DNA of 64,000 bases from Felis catus (Eukaryota), in contig NC_058383.1 of NCBI RefSeq assembly GCF_018350175.1, positions 372,001 to 436,000 of the forward strand, given 5' to 3'. The position numbers and the translations under genes are program-made. Under the pieces are notes generated by a model, which ran no database searches, was not told where the DNA came from, and saw nothing but the letters and a program-made list of their open reading frames with translations. Position 1 is the first letter of the stretch; every line of letters starts with the position of its first letter. Positions 25,680-42,148 of this stretch are shown one piece after another.

Positions 25680-26540
25680 GAGGACCGTGCCTTCCTGGTG
25701 CCGTGCTCCCCGTGCCGGCTGCCTGGTCTCCCCACCCCTCCTCCCAGGCCAGGCGCAGGCTGTGGGTGCCGAGCCAACTCCCACAGTACCCGATAGCATC
25801 TCCCTTGCGCATTTCCACGGCCCACGCCCCCGGAAGAGGCCCAGGTGGGCCGCGCCCTCTCCTGCCCCCCACACCCCCCGGGCCCAACTTCCGCCTCAGC
25901 GCCTGGAGAAGGAGAGGCGGCCGGGCGACCGGGTGCAGCTGAGCGAGGGGTCCCGCCGGGTGCGGCGGGCGCAGTACTTTTCCGAAGCGCTTCCCCAAAT
26001 GGCTGGCTCCGCGGCAGCTCCGGCTCTCTGGGGACGCGCAGGAGGTGGCGGGAGGCCGGCAGACCTCCCCCCCCCCCGGGAGGGGGGGGGGACCGTGTCC
26101 CTCCCCTGCCTGCCCAGCGTGAGGCCGGAAATCCCTCCGCCCCGGCTGCCCTGCTCTACAGACAGCAACGACACCCCACCCGGCTCTCGGACCCCCCAGG
26201 TTCTCCCCGCAGGCGCGGGCTGGCGGCAAGCACACCCTGCAGGAGTCGGGCTGCGGCTCCGGCGGGCGAGGGGCCGGGCGGACCCCACGCTTGTCCCGCC
26301 GGCGCACGGCTAGGTTTCCGCGATGCTGGGTGGTCTCGGCACAGACCTTCAGCGGTGAGACCAGCAGGGAGCCGGCCTCGCCCTTGGGAACCCTCACCAG
26401 GCAGTCCCGAGCGTCTTCCTGCCAGCCCCGGCTTCACGCTCCCCCCGCTTGCGTGCGAGCGCTGACCCCTTGGGCGACCGGAGCCACAGCCAGCCGGCCA
26501 CGCCCAGAGCCCTGTTCTCCTTGCGGGGGTGGAGATGCAC
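25680..26540. promoter_or_regulatory. Intragenic CpG island in FAM20C intron 3
   Basis: Dense CpG and GC boxes, with no exon or repeat similarity recognised; boundaries approximate. Confidence 0.6.
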
Positions 26541-29500
26541 GGAACGAACCCATTTGACAGCTGGAGCAACGGAGGGTCTGGAAGTCTAGCACACTCGTCC
26601 CCCCAGTTGGCGATGGGTGCTGACCTGGGCGCCTTCACTCCCACCCAAGGGCATGAATGACTGGAGAGGCCCACACCAAGCCTACCTTCCACCCTGCGTG
26701 CCCCTCTATCTTTGGGTGTTGCCTGAGCACCCAGCCTGGCCCTTATCAGGATGGGTTAAGCTAGGACCCCTACCCAACTTGCTCACAGCCTATAGGAGCC
26801 TTAAAATCACCAGGGGTATGTCACATATCTGGAGGCACGCCGGAAGAGCACAGAGGCCCCAGGGGCACCTCGCAGCCTCTCAGGAGTGAAGACAGCCACT
26901 GAGCACACAGACAAACAGCACTTCATCACCACCTCTCTGCACGTCCAGGGTCATTCTGCACAGGGGTATCTGGAGGCCAAGACAGCCAGGCGGAAGGCTC
27001 GTGTGTGGCCTTGGGGTTGCGGGAAAGAGCTGCCTCTCTGTGTAAACAGCCTGGGGACGGAGGTCACTGGAAAAAGCCCTGAGGTGGAAGATGTGAGGGA
27101 ACCAGGAACTGTTCTGGAACTTGGTCACAGGGCTTCCGAGAAGTGGCTGGTCTCTTCGCAGAGTAGCAGGGCTCAGAGCCACCCGCTTTTCACGTGTTTG
27201 ACCTGATCAGAGGAGTGGGCTGGAGTAAGGGAGAAACGAACAGAAGCCCGAGCACTGGTAAACAGAAACGCTCACGTGTTAGCGTTACAGATCAAGCCGC
27301 TGTGATCACATCAGGCACCTCAGGCAATAAGGGGTCAGTATGCAGTAGGAATAATGGTTGTGGAGGGGAGAGTGGTGACGCTGATGGTGATGATGACGAC
27401 ACTGGTACAAACTGAAGAAACGAGGGTGGGAGGAGCTCAAGGCCGAGGACCGGTTTGTGCCCCTTCGCCGTCCTCCCTCCGTCAATGTTTCATTTGTTTA
27501 TGGCACACCCGTTCTAAAGCGGGCGCTTGGCTAGGCACTCCTGTCCCCAGACCCTGCAAACAGTGGTCTAGTATAGCAGTGTTAAGCTCCTCCGTGGGAG
27601 GCCTGGGCGGGGGTGGGGTTGCGACAGATCTTGGGAAGGATGGAGAAGGCGAGTGCCCGTGGAAAGCCCGGCACAAAGGTGCAGAAGTGGGAAAGGCCTG
27701 GGGCTGGGGCTGGGAGTGGTCTGGTGATGGAGCCGCAGGGGTGAGGGGAGAGGAGGGCAGAGCTGGAGACGGCTAGGAGGTTTGTGCGGGCAAAAGTCCT
27801 GGGTTGGAGGTGGATGCCACAGATAAGGGGTGATGGGGGGCACGTTTGGGAGGCTGAGCCTGGCCAGCAGCCTGTGGCTTCACCCACCCTCGTGGCCTCT
27901 CCCTCCTGCCTGGGCCCCCCGCACCTGCCCGGGGCTCACAGCCATAGGCGCGCTGAACTGGCCAGAAGGCCTCGGGGCTGAGGGCCCAGGACCCACGGCC
28001 TGGCCACAGAGCCTGGGCTGGGCCTCCCCCCGACCGCCCGTCCGCTGCCAGGCCAGGAGCAGAGCAGCAGCGGCGGGATGTGCTTAAGACCAGAATCACA
28101 TCAGTCACACCCATCTCTGGCCCGGAGTCTCTTCCACCCCAAATGCGAGGAAAGCAAACTGTCCTTCCATGACGCCCAAGGCTCCTTCGCAGCCACCTGC
28201 GTGGCCGTGCCAGAAAGGAGGCAAAGGACCAGGCCCTATTCTCTCCGAGACCCTCCTGACAGCCCTGTCATGGCGAGGCGTGCCTATGAGTGTGTGTCTA
28301 TGTGTGTGTGCACCTGTGTGCACACGTGGGGTGCAGCAGGCAGGCAAAACTCTGGGCCCTCAGCGACCCTCAGGGTCGTCACCAGACCTGCCCCCTGGAC
28401 TCACACCCCCTGGGTAGGGTGAGGACAGGTGGCCCCCAAGGGTGGGGAGGTCTGTGCTGCCCAGCAAGGCCAGCCGTAGCCCCTGAACGGGCTTCTTAGG
28501 GCTGGAACATCATTCAAGCCTCCACCTCACTGGCCAGGTCACACGTGATTCTCCCCACCCTGCGTTTTCCAGCACGGAGAAGGTCCCCGACATTTGGTAA
28601 ATTCTTACCAGGTGGAGGGCTGAGTTAGTCCCTGCCCCCAGCCTGGAAGGTGGACATGATCCTGCAGGTACGGGCAGGGGCACAGAACAGAGCTGGATTT
28701 AATGCAGGGAGCGTTTTTGCTCTGACGTGACTTAGGAAATTCCCTGCTTGCCGAGGTCAAACACTTGCAGTCGTCATGCGTCCCTGCTCCCCAGGCGTCT
28801 GCTCAGTATCTGTGCTTACCCAATGCCGTTCGCCTGTATAGACTATAGAGAGTCCTGTGTGTGATTTCCTGTCCCCTGGCTGGGGCGGAGGGTCACGTGT
28901 TACTCCTTCGGGGCCTGTCTGCAGCTCACTGTGGGGCGTGGATGTCCGAGCCCAGGGCTCCTAGAGTTCTTCTGTCTCCCTGGGAGGAGATGTGGAGGCC
29001 AGGAGTGCACGCACGGCCAGCCGGGGGCTGCCCCGCCTTGCTCACCCCACCACACATGCTGCAGGTGGGGCAGCAGCTGGGGCTGGGCTCTGGCTTCGTG
29101 CGGGGCCATCGTGGGGTGACCCACAGCACTGCTCCAAACAGAACCCTCCTGTCTGCCCACCGGTCCGGGAGGGTCTGGGGTGAGCCTCAGGTCACCCCCA
29201 CCAAGGCACCAGGAAAGTTTTGCGAGGGAGTTTGCCTTTGAGCAGTGGTTAGAAACGGCTTGCACTCTAGGCTTTAACCAGCAGTTCCCAAAAGTGCACA
29301 GCGTGGTAACGTACTACGAAAAAAACGGGCTCTGTAGTCGGTGTAGTGCTAAGAAACAGCAGCTGCAGGCCTTATCAGGGCCTTTATGGTGGTAATATGC
29401 ACTGTTGAGACCCCAGAGGGTGCTCTACTAGGCATGTTCCCCAAACGCCAACCTCTCAGAGGGCTCCTTTTGTGCTAGAAGCCCCTGGACCTGGTTGGGT

Positions 29501-30312
29501 GGGACCCACATTCGGGAATGCTGACTTAGCCTTCGGGAGACATGAGAGGAAGCCTGTTCTGGGAAGACGGAACAGTGACAGCAAAGGCAGCAGAGTGGAG
29601 ACAAGGCTGAAATAGCAGATGGCCCTCACTCCGGCTCAGGAGAGGGGAAGGGGGGCAGAGGGAGCTGCCTACGGGGGGCGGGAGGAGGCCGACTGTACAG
29701 TCCCCAACGGCAGGTGCCTAGTGGAAAATGGACCACCTCTTTGGGCTTCAGAGAGGGGTCCCACAGGTGGCCCCCAAGGAGCTTCGCAGACTCCTTCACA
29801 TCCCCCGCCCCCCAGGGGGACACTGTCTGGGCGGGGATGCTGGTGGGAGGCTGAGAGCAGCCAGAGGGACAAATGGCGCCGCCTGAGTCTGGCCCCAGCT
29901 CACGCCCCAGGGAGGTCCCCTTGCTCTGTGTCAGGGTGACTCCTGTGATGCCCTTGGCCCTCTGCCATCCACACACTCCCTAGGCTCAGGGGCCGGGGGC
30001 CGCCTGGCCATCTGCCTTTCTGGAGGATCTGTGTTTGGCCGGTGGTGCGGACCTGCTGGTGGGCTGAGCGGTATTTAGTAACCAGCTCCCTCGTGGGGGA
30101 AAAGCCTGACGGGAGAGTTTGCACCTCCTCGTTGGCTCACGTCATGCTCCCAGGACGAGGTCACTGAGGGGGGCTGCGGGGGCACGCGTCACCTCTGCTT
30201 GCCCCTGCAGATGCAAGGTGGGTAACAGCCCGAAGAAGAAACTGTCGGACGTCATTAAATAACCGGCCAGTGGTGCGATTTAAATACTTGTCACTTATAA
30301 AAGGTCACTTCT

Positions 30313-30475
30313 GGGCGCCATGATCTCACAGTTCATGAGTTCAAGCCCCACACCGGGCCGTGTGTCGACAGCACAGAGCCTGCTTGGGATTCTCTCTCGC
30401 GCTCGCTCTCTGCCCCTCCCCCACTCACATTTGTTCGCTCTCTCAAAATAGATAAACTTTTTAAATAAGTAAATA
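30313..30475 (+). mobile_element. Internally deleted Can-SINE
   Basis: gggcgcc joined directly to atgatctcacagttcatgagttcaagcccc..., then CT tract and A-rich tail; degenerate TSD ataaaaggtcactt/ataaaatgtgactt. Confidence 0.8.
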
Positions 30476-30510
30476 ATAAAATGTGACTTATGTTTATAAA
30501 ATGACTTTAA

Positions 30511-30723
<213 letters not shown>

Positions 30724-32044
30724 TGAGCCCTCCCACCTGCACCCCGGGCCTGAGCACCGTGCGGGTGGGCCCGAATAGCTCTCCCGACACCCTGCCGAGG
30801 TGTTGGGAATCCTGTAATTAGCCCCATTGTACAGATGGGAAAACCGAGGCATGTAAGTCTCTGCCGCACAGAGCTGGAGTCTGGCCTGCAGATGTTACAA
30901 CACCCTGCGGTAGGCCCCACACCACGAACGGTGCCAGACAGGAGATCCTCGGGAGCAGTTGGGGATCAGAGTGTGGACGTGGCCCGTTGGGAATAACAAA
31001 GGAAGAGCGGAAAGGGCTATGAGTGCTGGGAATTTTAACCCAGAGTGTTTCAGGGTGTAACCTCTGGGGCCACGGTGACACCAAGGGACATGAGCCTCCT
31101 CCCCCATCACCCATCTTCTGGGCTGGCTCTACCGGGCAGAACGTGAATTCCTCCCTGGGCTCCACGTGGCCCCTTGCTGCAGGCGAGGTGGGCAGTGGTG
31201 TCGGGGGCCGTGGGGGGGGGGGGCCTCTCAGCAGCCACCCTGCTGGCCCAGAGATCCCTGCCCCGCAGGGACAGTCACGGGGCTGGGGCTGGAGTCAGTT
31301 CCAAGAGTCTAGGGGGAGGAGCCTCCCCGACCACCCCACAGGATCCTGACCTCCAGCTCGGGGTGTGTCCTAGGCTGCAGCTTCCAGGTCACCCAGGCTG
31401 GTTAGAATGCAGATTCCCGGTCTCCACCCCAGACCCTCTCTCTACACCACACGATTCGTGTGCACACTCAAGTTTGCAAACCCTACTTTGCTTTGTTTTT
31501 CAAAGATCAAAAATCTTGTTTGGGGGCCACAGAAACCCCAAGTCAGATTTTCAACAATGTCAACTATTGTGCAGCCTAAACCCAGAAAAAGGCCTTTCTG
31601 TGAAAGGAACAGTTGCCACAAAGCCGATGAGGGTTCCTCATTCGGAAAGGTGAGGCCTGTCGATGACGCAGGACAGCTCACGCAGCGGGCGGAGCGCAGG
31701 CGGCACGCAAGACGCCCACATTCCCCACGCGCAGCCGCTGCCCCCAGAGGCCGCTGCAGGGCCATCGGCGTCCCGTTTAAGTGAGCGAGTGCAGCGCAGT
31801 TAGAAAGCGTCCCATTAAAAGCAGCTAATTTAACGTTGTTCCGACCTGAGCCCTGAGGGCCCAGGCACTGGCAGGCCGGTGCTGGGAAGTAGACCACCAC
31901 CCACCGTGGTCCTCGTGGGGCCCATTTTCGTTGGTGGCCCACGGCACCAGTCAGAGCTGTGGGCCCCGCGTTGGGCCTGGCGGGACTCGGAGACGGGGGC
32001 GTTCACTCCGCACCAGCCTAGCGAGGGCCGGGGCACGGAGGTGA

Positions 32045-32659
<615 letters not shown>

Positions 32660-33484
32660 TAGAGTGGCGGCCTCCCCTGGCGCCCTCGAGGGCCAGCACA
32701 AGGGCCTGCCACAGAGCGGTGCTAATCATCAGTCTCAGACGCACACAGACTCCTGCCCTACCGAATCACCTGCCCCAAGAGCTTTTCGATGTGGCATTCA
32801 GGGCTCTGCGATCTGTCCGTCCGTCCCTGTGAGCACTTCCTTTGGGCCAGGCCCCACGCTGAGCACCCCCTGCTTGCTGGGCCTGAGGGTGGGGACACCT
32901 TACCTCGTATTCGGTTCTGGAAGGTCCCGGCGATGGCAGAGAAGTGGAGTGCGGTGATAAGTGGGACCCACCCCAAGACAGATACCCTCCTGGTGGTGTG
33001 GGTCCATCTGTTAGTTCGTGCACATAAAACCCACGTAGAGGTTATGTGCCCCTACCCCCTGTGCTGGCAGCGTCTCACCACCCGACCAGAAACCAAAGGG
33101 GAGGGGGCTTGGAGGGCTTCTCATCAGCCTTGTCTAAGCCTGCCCAAGGCTGCAGGCTGCTTGGACGCCCCCGGTGACAGGGAGCCCGTCGGCTCAGAGG
33201 TAATTCAGCTCCTGTCTGCACAGCCTGAGTTGCTGGAAAGGCCCTTCTTTTTCCAAGGGTGGACACCTGCCTCTCCAACCTTGGGTTCTAGTGCTTTCCC
33301 CTGGAATCCCCACCCACCCACCCCCGAGACAGCAAGTTCCTCCTCCACCTCAGCCTGTCAGGGACTCTGGGATCTCTCGTCCTCCAGCCTGGACGTCCCC
33401 AGCACCTTCACCGTCAGCTGCCCCTGCTGCCCCGGCTGCTGCCCCACGTGGTGATGAGCCCTCCGAGTCTAGGCTGGCCGCGCT

Positions 33485-34175
33485 CACAGGACCCCAGGCC
33501 ACGCCCACAGGACACTAGGCCATGCCCTCCAGGCCACGGCCACGCCCGCACGGCCCAGGCCACACCCGCACGGCCCAGGCCACACCCATAGGGCACTAGG
33601 CCACGCCCTCTGGACCACGGCCACGCCCACGCGACCCCAGGCCACGCCCTCTGGGCCACGGCCACAGGCCTCAGGCCACGCCCACGGGACACTAGGCCAC
33701 GGCCACGCCTGCACGGCCCAGGCCACACCCACAGGGCACTAGGCCACGCCCTCCGGACCACGCCCACGCGACCCCAGGCCACGCCCTCTGGGCCACGGCC
33801 ATGCCCACAGGCCTCAGGCCACGCCCATGGGACACTAGGCCACGCCCTCCAGGCCACGGCCACGCCCACAAGACCCCTCCGGACCACGATCACACCCACA
33901 CGGCCCCAGGCCATGCCCTCCAGGCCACGGCCACTCCTGCACGGCCCAGGCCACACCCACAGGGCACTAGGCCACGCCCTCCGGACCACTGCCACGCCCA
34001 CACGGCCCCAGGCCACGCCCCCTGGACCACGGCCATGCCCACACGACCCCCAGGCCACGCCCTCCGGACCACGGTCACGCCCGCACGGCCCAGGTCACAC
34101 CCACAGGACACTAGGCCACGCCCTCCAGACCACGGCCACGCCCACACAGCCCCAGGCCACGCCCACAGGACCCCC
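33485..34175. repeat. Complex minisatellite, ~20-21-bp period, GGCCACGCCC core
   Basis: About 30 GGCCAC(G/A)CCC-like cores separated by variable ~10-bp linkers, in FAM20C intron 5. Confidence 0.93.
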
Positions 34176-35451
34176 AGACCGCTGCCCCCTGTCAGTGGTC
34201 TTTCCGATTCTCATTGCAGCATTTTAGTGACGTCGTTCAGTGTTCAGAACTTAAGATGAAACACGCCCGCTCCCCCACGCCCATCACCCGGTTTCCCCGT
34301 TAGAGGAATGCTCCTCCACATGTCTGACCTGGACGAGTTCTGGGGCCTCGATCACAGAGCCCGCCGAGAGACTGTTCTGGTGCAGGCAGAGGGGCCGAAA
34401 AGGCCTGTTGCTGCTGAGAGAGGGCCGTGGGTGGGGCCACTCGGGCTGGATAATGTCCCCTTAGCCCGAAACAAGTTTGTCCCCCCGTGAGCAGCCCCCA
34501 GCCCCCTCAGACAGGGCTGCTGCTGCCCGCAAGGCCCGCACCGCGGGCGCCGTGTCCTCCACCTTGGCCACCACACGGCAGGGATGTTCTAGGCGATTCT
34601 ACCGCAGCAAGGGAACACGGACATCACTGGGCACCTGCGGTATGCCAGGCACTGGTATGCACCTGCTGTGGGATTCCACCTTTAATTCTTAGGCCAGCCT
34701 GTGGGGGCAGGTTGTTTCCTCGCCCCCCCTCCCCATTTTAAGCATTTTGTTGAGGTACGATTGGCATGGTGTAGACAGTATCAACGTGCGAAGTTCGAGG
34801 AGTTTTGACACGAGCAGAGAAGCAACGAACTGGCCCGTCTGCCCCGGCCCCATCCTGCCCTGTACCCCCAACAGCGCTATGTGCTTTCCGTATCTGAGGG
34901 TTTCTTTGCTTCTTCTACGGTTTTGCACAGTGGGGGTGACCGGCGGTCTGTCTGTCTTCTGTTGCTCGACAGCACTCTTCTGAGGTCCCTCCACATCGCT
35001 GTGTGCTGTCTGCGTGTTGCTCTTTATGTCAGGGTCCCGTGGCCCTGGGGGGGTGCGTCCCATGTCGTTTACCTGGTCATCTGGTGATGGGCACCGCCGA
35101 GAGGGACTCAGTAACCCGCCCCAAATGAAGTGGAGGAAATGTCAAGAGAGGAAAATGAGTCAAGAACTTTCTACACTTTGCTTTCTTGGTGCACAGCGGC
35201 CTCCCTGCAGGAACCCCGCTTCTGGGTCTCGAGGTCTCACCGGGGCGCATGGCAGCTTTGCCGGGGGCTCTCAAAGGGGCCACGGAGCCACCAGTGTCCA
35301 GAATCCCAGCACTGAAGTCCCACATGTGGTGGGTGAAGAAGGGTGTGGATCCCTTCCTATAAACAAAAGGCGGAATCGGTTCCTAGTCTAAGCAGATACG
35401 TCTTCTTTCGGGAGAGCAGCTAAGCGCCCCCACCAAGCAACAGTGCAGAGA

Positions 35452-35573
35452 CAGGCTGGGTCGGAACCCAGTCGTGCCGAGCCCCACAAAGGCAGGCTGG
35501 GTCGGAACCCAGGTGGGCTGAGCCCCACAAGGGCAGGCTGGGTCGGAACCCAGTTGTGCCAAAGCCCCACAAA
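35452..35573. repeat. 41-bp tandem repeat, 3 copies
   Basis: caggctgggtcggaacccag at 35452, 35493 and 35534. Confidence 0.92.
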
Positions 35574-37454
35574 AGTCTTTGTACTTTGCGGTAAATCTCC
35601 ATGGACACATCTCATACATCCTGGAAGGTACACGCATCCGTGGGTTTCTACAAGGGGAACCCACCTACGTAAACACCTCTAGGACAAGACACAGACTGTG
35701 AGCAGCTCTGGGAGCCCCTCCTGTTCCCTCCCAGCCACTCAGCCCCACATCTTTCAAGCGACTCTTTTCCCTGCTACGCAGGCCTGGGTCTGGCTGGGTA
35801 GGCACAAGGCCTCTACCCACACGTTGTGGACACAGCGTCCAGTTTAAATGCGCACGAGGGTAAGAAGGGTCCCCAGAGCTGTGCCCGGACACCTTCAGGC
35901 CACTCCTGAGCGATGGTGGCTCCCCAGCATTCCAGCCCCACCTGAGAGCCACCCACACCAGATCCATCCAGGTGGGGTTAGGACCCGTTGGGGTTAGGAC
36001 CCCATCCACGTGGGGGTAAGCGTCCCGTTCTTCTGGACCCTCCTCCCTGCCGTGCAAAGGCCGGGAACACTCCCGGTCCCAATGCTCAGCCCTCGAGCCA
36101 CATGCTTTCCAGCTCCACAGAGACCAGGTTCTTGCTCGGGGTCGCCCGTCCTGCCCCCACCCCCCCAAGGTCCCCGGAGTTGGAGGCGGTGGCCCCAGAG
36201 TGGCAGGGAAGCAGGTTCTCCTGGGCTGACTCTGGCCCCCACCTTCTCCCCGCCGTCTGCTGAGACGTCATCGCTGAGACGAGAAAGGGCTCATGTCCCC
36301 TCCGCCCCCTCCCCCTCCCCCGTCCAAGTGCGGGGGTGACCTAGTGACCGCTCACCCGCACTGCCCTCTGACTCAGTGTCAGACATCTGATCTTACCCGC
36401 ATTTCCTGTTTAATACTCCCAAGCCCATGAGCAGGCACTACCGGGGCCCTCATTCAGGTGGGGAAACCGAGGCACAAGGAGGTGAAACACCACACCGATT
36501 TCGCACCTCTGGGCAGTGTTCCGGGCCCCACCCTGGCTGCTCCTTCAGAAACCAGATTTGGATGTCTGACGAGGACCGTGCTGTGCACTCAAGAAATGCC
36601 TTTCTCTCTGAGCAAAGCCAGCTTAGGCTCTTAGCTTAGCAAATCCCAGGGCTCCGGCCAACAGGATCAGATAGATTGTCCCCCTGAAAGTGGGGCTGCC
36701 GCCTCGGTTATGGCTGCACTGTGTGTCGGGGTTCGCTGATGAACTGCGTCAACACGCAGGCGAGACCCCAGACTGACCTTTCCCAGACTGTCCTCACAGC
36801 AATTCCCCAGCACCGGCTCGGGGATCATGAGGCCAGGTGCAGGAAGAGAGAGGCAGGCGATCCAGGCGGAGACTCCCGTGTGCCGGCGGGGCGCGGCGGG
36901 AGCCCCTGCACCGGCCCCCCATCTCCTCTGGACGGCTGCCCATGGAGACTGCCCACGCAGACACGGAGACTGCGGCTAGAAGGGCCTGCCAGGCTCACGT
37001 CAGGAGTCCACGGGGAGCGAGCGCGTGGCCAGAAGACTCGGGAGCCTCGTGACTGCCACGCGGGCAGGGCGCGCAGCCGCACAAAAGGAGACCCCTCTCC
37101 TGGGGAACTGGCCGTTTGCACAGCCGGGAGGGGGCTTCTGGCTGCTGCACTCCCCGGGCTCTCGAGGGTCTCTCCACCAAACAGACAAGTTACTGAACGC
37201 AAGATTCTCCCGGTAAATACACACACGAGCGCCATCGCGCCCCTGACCGGCAGCGGCCTCTGGCAACAAATCGGCGTGTCGCCTGGTCAGCAAGAGGTGT
37301 CCACTTTCTAAATTACTTGTCTCATCGAGACATGATTCGGGCGCCATGAAATTCATTAACTTCTTTTGGGCAACAAAATGACCAGGGCGTTTTATTCTTT
37401 AAGTAACTGCCTATACATATTGGTTAGATCGAGTTAAATTTGCCCCACCCTATT

Positions 37455-38778
<1,324 letters not shown>

Positions 38779-39297
38779 TGAGTGCTGGGCAGGCCGAGCC
38801 CAGGCCGGGCCCACCTGCTCATTTTGACAGCGCTTTGCTCGGAGGGGCCTCGGGCCTGTCCAGGGCCACGGGGTGTGAAAGGGTGTCGGGGAAGGGAGGC
38901 GCGCCCAGCCTCCCTTTGTGACGCGGACGAGACCTCCGCTTTGTGAATAGATGGTGGGACGGGGCTTCCTCACCCTGAGAATCAGAGGTGCCCCCCGTGG
39001 TGGCGCTGGCCAGCCCAGAAGCACAGGCTCTCAGTGTCCAAGCTCGGCTTGCACTCCTTGCCCTTCCTGTCCCTCAGACGAGAGAGGTGGCCGTGGAGGT
39101 GTCTCTGTGGGCGGGGTGTCCAGGCTCTGCTTCCTAACAGCGACCCCCCCCCCGAGAAACCTGGCATCTGGGGCTGATGACGGCCTCCAGACATGGCTCA
39201 CTCACCTCCCAGCCCCGTACTCCCGTTAATGCAGCCTCGGCCAGAGGCGCTATTCTGTGCTGACACCTCTCTGCACCCCCCATCGTTGCTGCGGTAA

Positions 39298-40095
<798 letters not shown>

Positions 40096-40302
40096 TAGCA
40101 GGCAGGGACACAGGACCTGCCCTCCCCAAATGGTTAAAGCTGCCACCAAAGCTATTCTCAGATGCCTCGGAGAAGTGGGCACCGGGCACCCGGACAGTTG
40201 ACATGTGGGGGCCACGAGTTCCCAGCACAAAAGACAGCACTGGGCTGAGCTGACCACCGACTGCCTTCTCCACCCTGCCTGCCTAGGACCCTGCGTTTAT
40301 GA

Positions 40303-40593
<291 letters not shown>

Positions 40594-41165
40594 TAAGGCC
40601 TCCACTGCCTGCCCCCTAGGGAGCCCCGTCCCGTCCCCAGGCTAAGCAGAAACCCCCCAGTCCCTGCAGCATGCAGGCCAGAGCCCCAAGGCCCTTCCCA
40701 GCACACAGCCCACAGCCCCCATGACGGCCCACCTTACGGCTGAAGACACTGGCGCCCGGACAGGGGTCCCGTCCCCAGCACTCTCTGCCACCCTCTTCGG
40801 GGCTCCCCACCGGATCCTCCTGTCAGGGCCGGGACAGCAGTCTGCGAGGCGCACTGGGTCTGCCCGGCCCAGGCAGGCGTGTGCCGCGGAGCCGAGCGCT
40901 GTCTCCCGGGGGGTCAGGCCGTCCCTCCCCGCCCTGCGTCTGCCCGTGTACTGCCAGGCCTCACGTGGCCCCCTGCTCTGCCAGGCGGGACCCTCACCGT
41001 GGCGCCTCTGGCACGCAGGGGCCTAGGCAGGCCGAGGACCAACCCGTGGCCTCCCCGCCCGGGGCCGACGCGGTCCCTCGTCCTGCCCCAGCGCCCCGCG
41101 CCCAGTCCTTAGAGGCCGGGCACCGCCTCCTGCGAGCTGGCGCCTGACCTCCCTCTCCCCTGCAG

Positions 41166-41415
41166 GGTCAGAAAGTCCACCTACCTGCGGCTGCAGCTCC
41201 TGGCCAAGGAGGAGTACAAGCTGAGCCTGCTGATGGCAGAGTCCCTGAGCAAGGACCGCGTGGCCCCCGTCCTGTACCAGCCTCACCTGGAGGCCCTGGA
41301 CCGGAGGCTCCGCATCGTGCTGCAGGCCGTCAGGGACTGTGTGGAGAAGGACGGGCCGCACAGCGTGCTGGAGGACGACCTGGGCCCTGAGCACAGAGTC
41401 CCCCCCCGCAGGTAG
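41166..41415 (+). CDS. FAM20C: FAM20C last coding exon 10, 250 bp to the TAG stop
   Basis: cccctgcag acceptor. Translates [82 protein letters not shown]. Confidence 0.97.
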
Positions 41416-41817
41416 TGACCGAGAGCCGCCGGCCTGCCACGGAGGAGGGGCACGTGCGTCCACACCCTGCGTTCAGTGACTTTGGGAACAGACAGGCCAC
41501 TCCCAGAGTCCGGGAACCTTCGGCGGTGGGTCCGACAGGACACGTCGTATTCGTCCTCGAGACCGGAGGAGGTCGGGGAGCGGGCGCTCTGTGCTCACGG
41601 ACGGAGGCGGCCTGGCGGCGGGGGCGACCCACCTTTTTTGTATGGAAAGGAAGCGTTCATGTACTATTTTGTATTTATACGTGGCGTGTATGTGCATAGA
41701 CAGAGAGCGACGCCCACACGCACGGACGCCAGCCCAGCTACCAAATGCACACGAGGGGGCAGAGCCCACGGGGCTGGCCTCTCCCACCAAGTTTGCTCAC
41801 ATCTGGACCTAACTTGA

Positions 41818-41823
41818 AATAAA
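41818..41823 (+). terminator. Candidate proximal poly(A) signal of FAM20C
   Basis: AATAAA about 400 nt after the stop codon. Confidence 0.4.
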
Positions 41824-42142
41824 CTCCTGCCTCCTCTCCTTCCTGGGGGCCCTGCAGCCGGACGGCCGACCGTCCCATCTCGGTGCCCGGGGGGCTCCTG
41901 ATGGAACCACGGGCTGGTCGACAGACTCCTGGCTCCAGAGTGACGTAAATGACCACGTCTTCCATTTCTCAGAGCCGCTCGGCAGCCCCGGGGACGCTCC
42001 CCGGCCGCTGAGGGTGCTGCTGCTGTTCTGACTTTGCTCTGATGGTTGTGTAAATACGTCACACGGGCCCCTCCACGGGGCTCAGCAACAGGCTTAATTT
42101 TGCAGCATTTTTGTGGAATAGATTGCAATGTGGTAAAAGTGC

Positions 42143-42148
42143 AATAAA
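42143..42148 (+). terminator. Likely main poly(A) signal of FAM20C
   Basis: AATAAA at the end of an AT-rich UTR block, followed by GT-rich sequence (atgtgtattgggg). Confidence 0.75.

Noticed and set aside
33414..34259. 214- and 152-aa repetitive ORFs
   Set aside because: Translations of the GGCCACGCCC minisatellite.
35973..36003. Interstitial telomeric repeat
   Set aside because: Only two ggggttaggaccc copies 17 bp apart, not a TTAGGG array.
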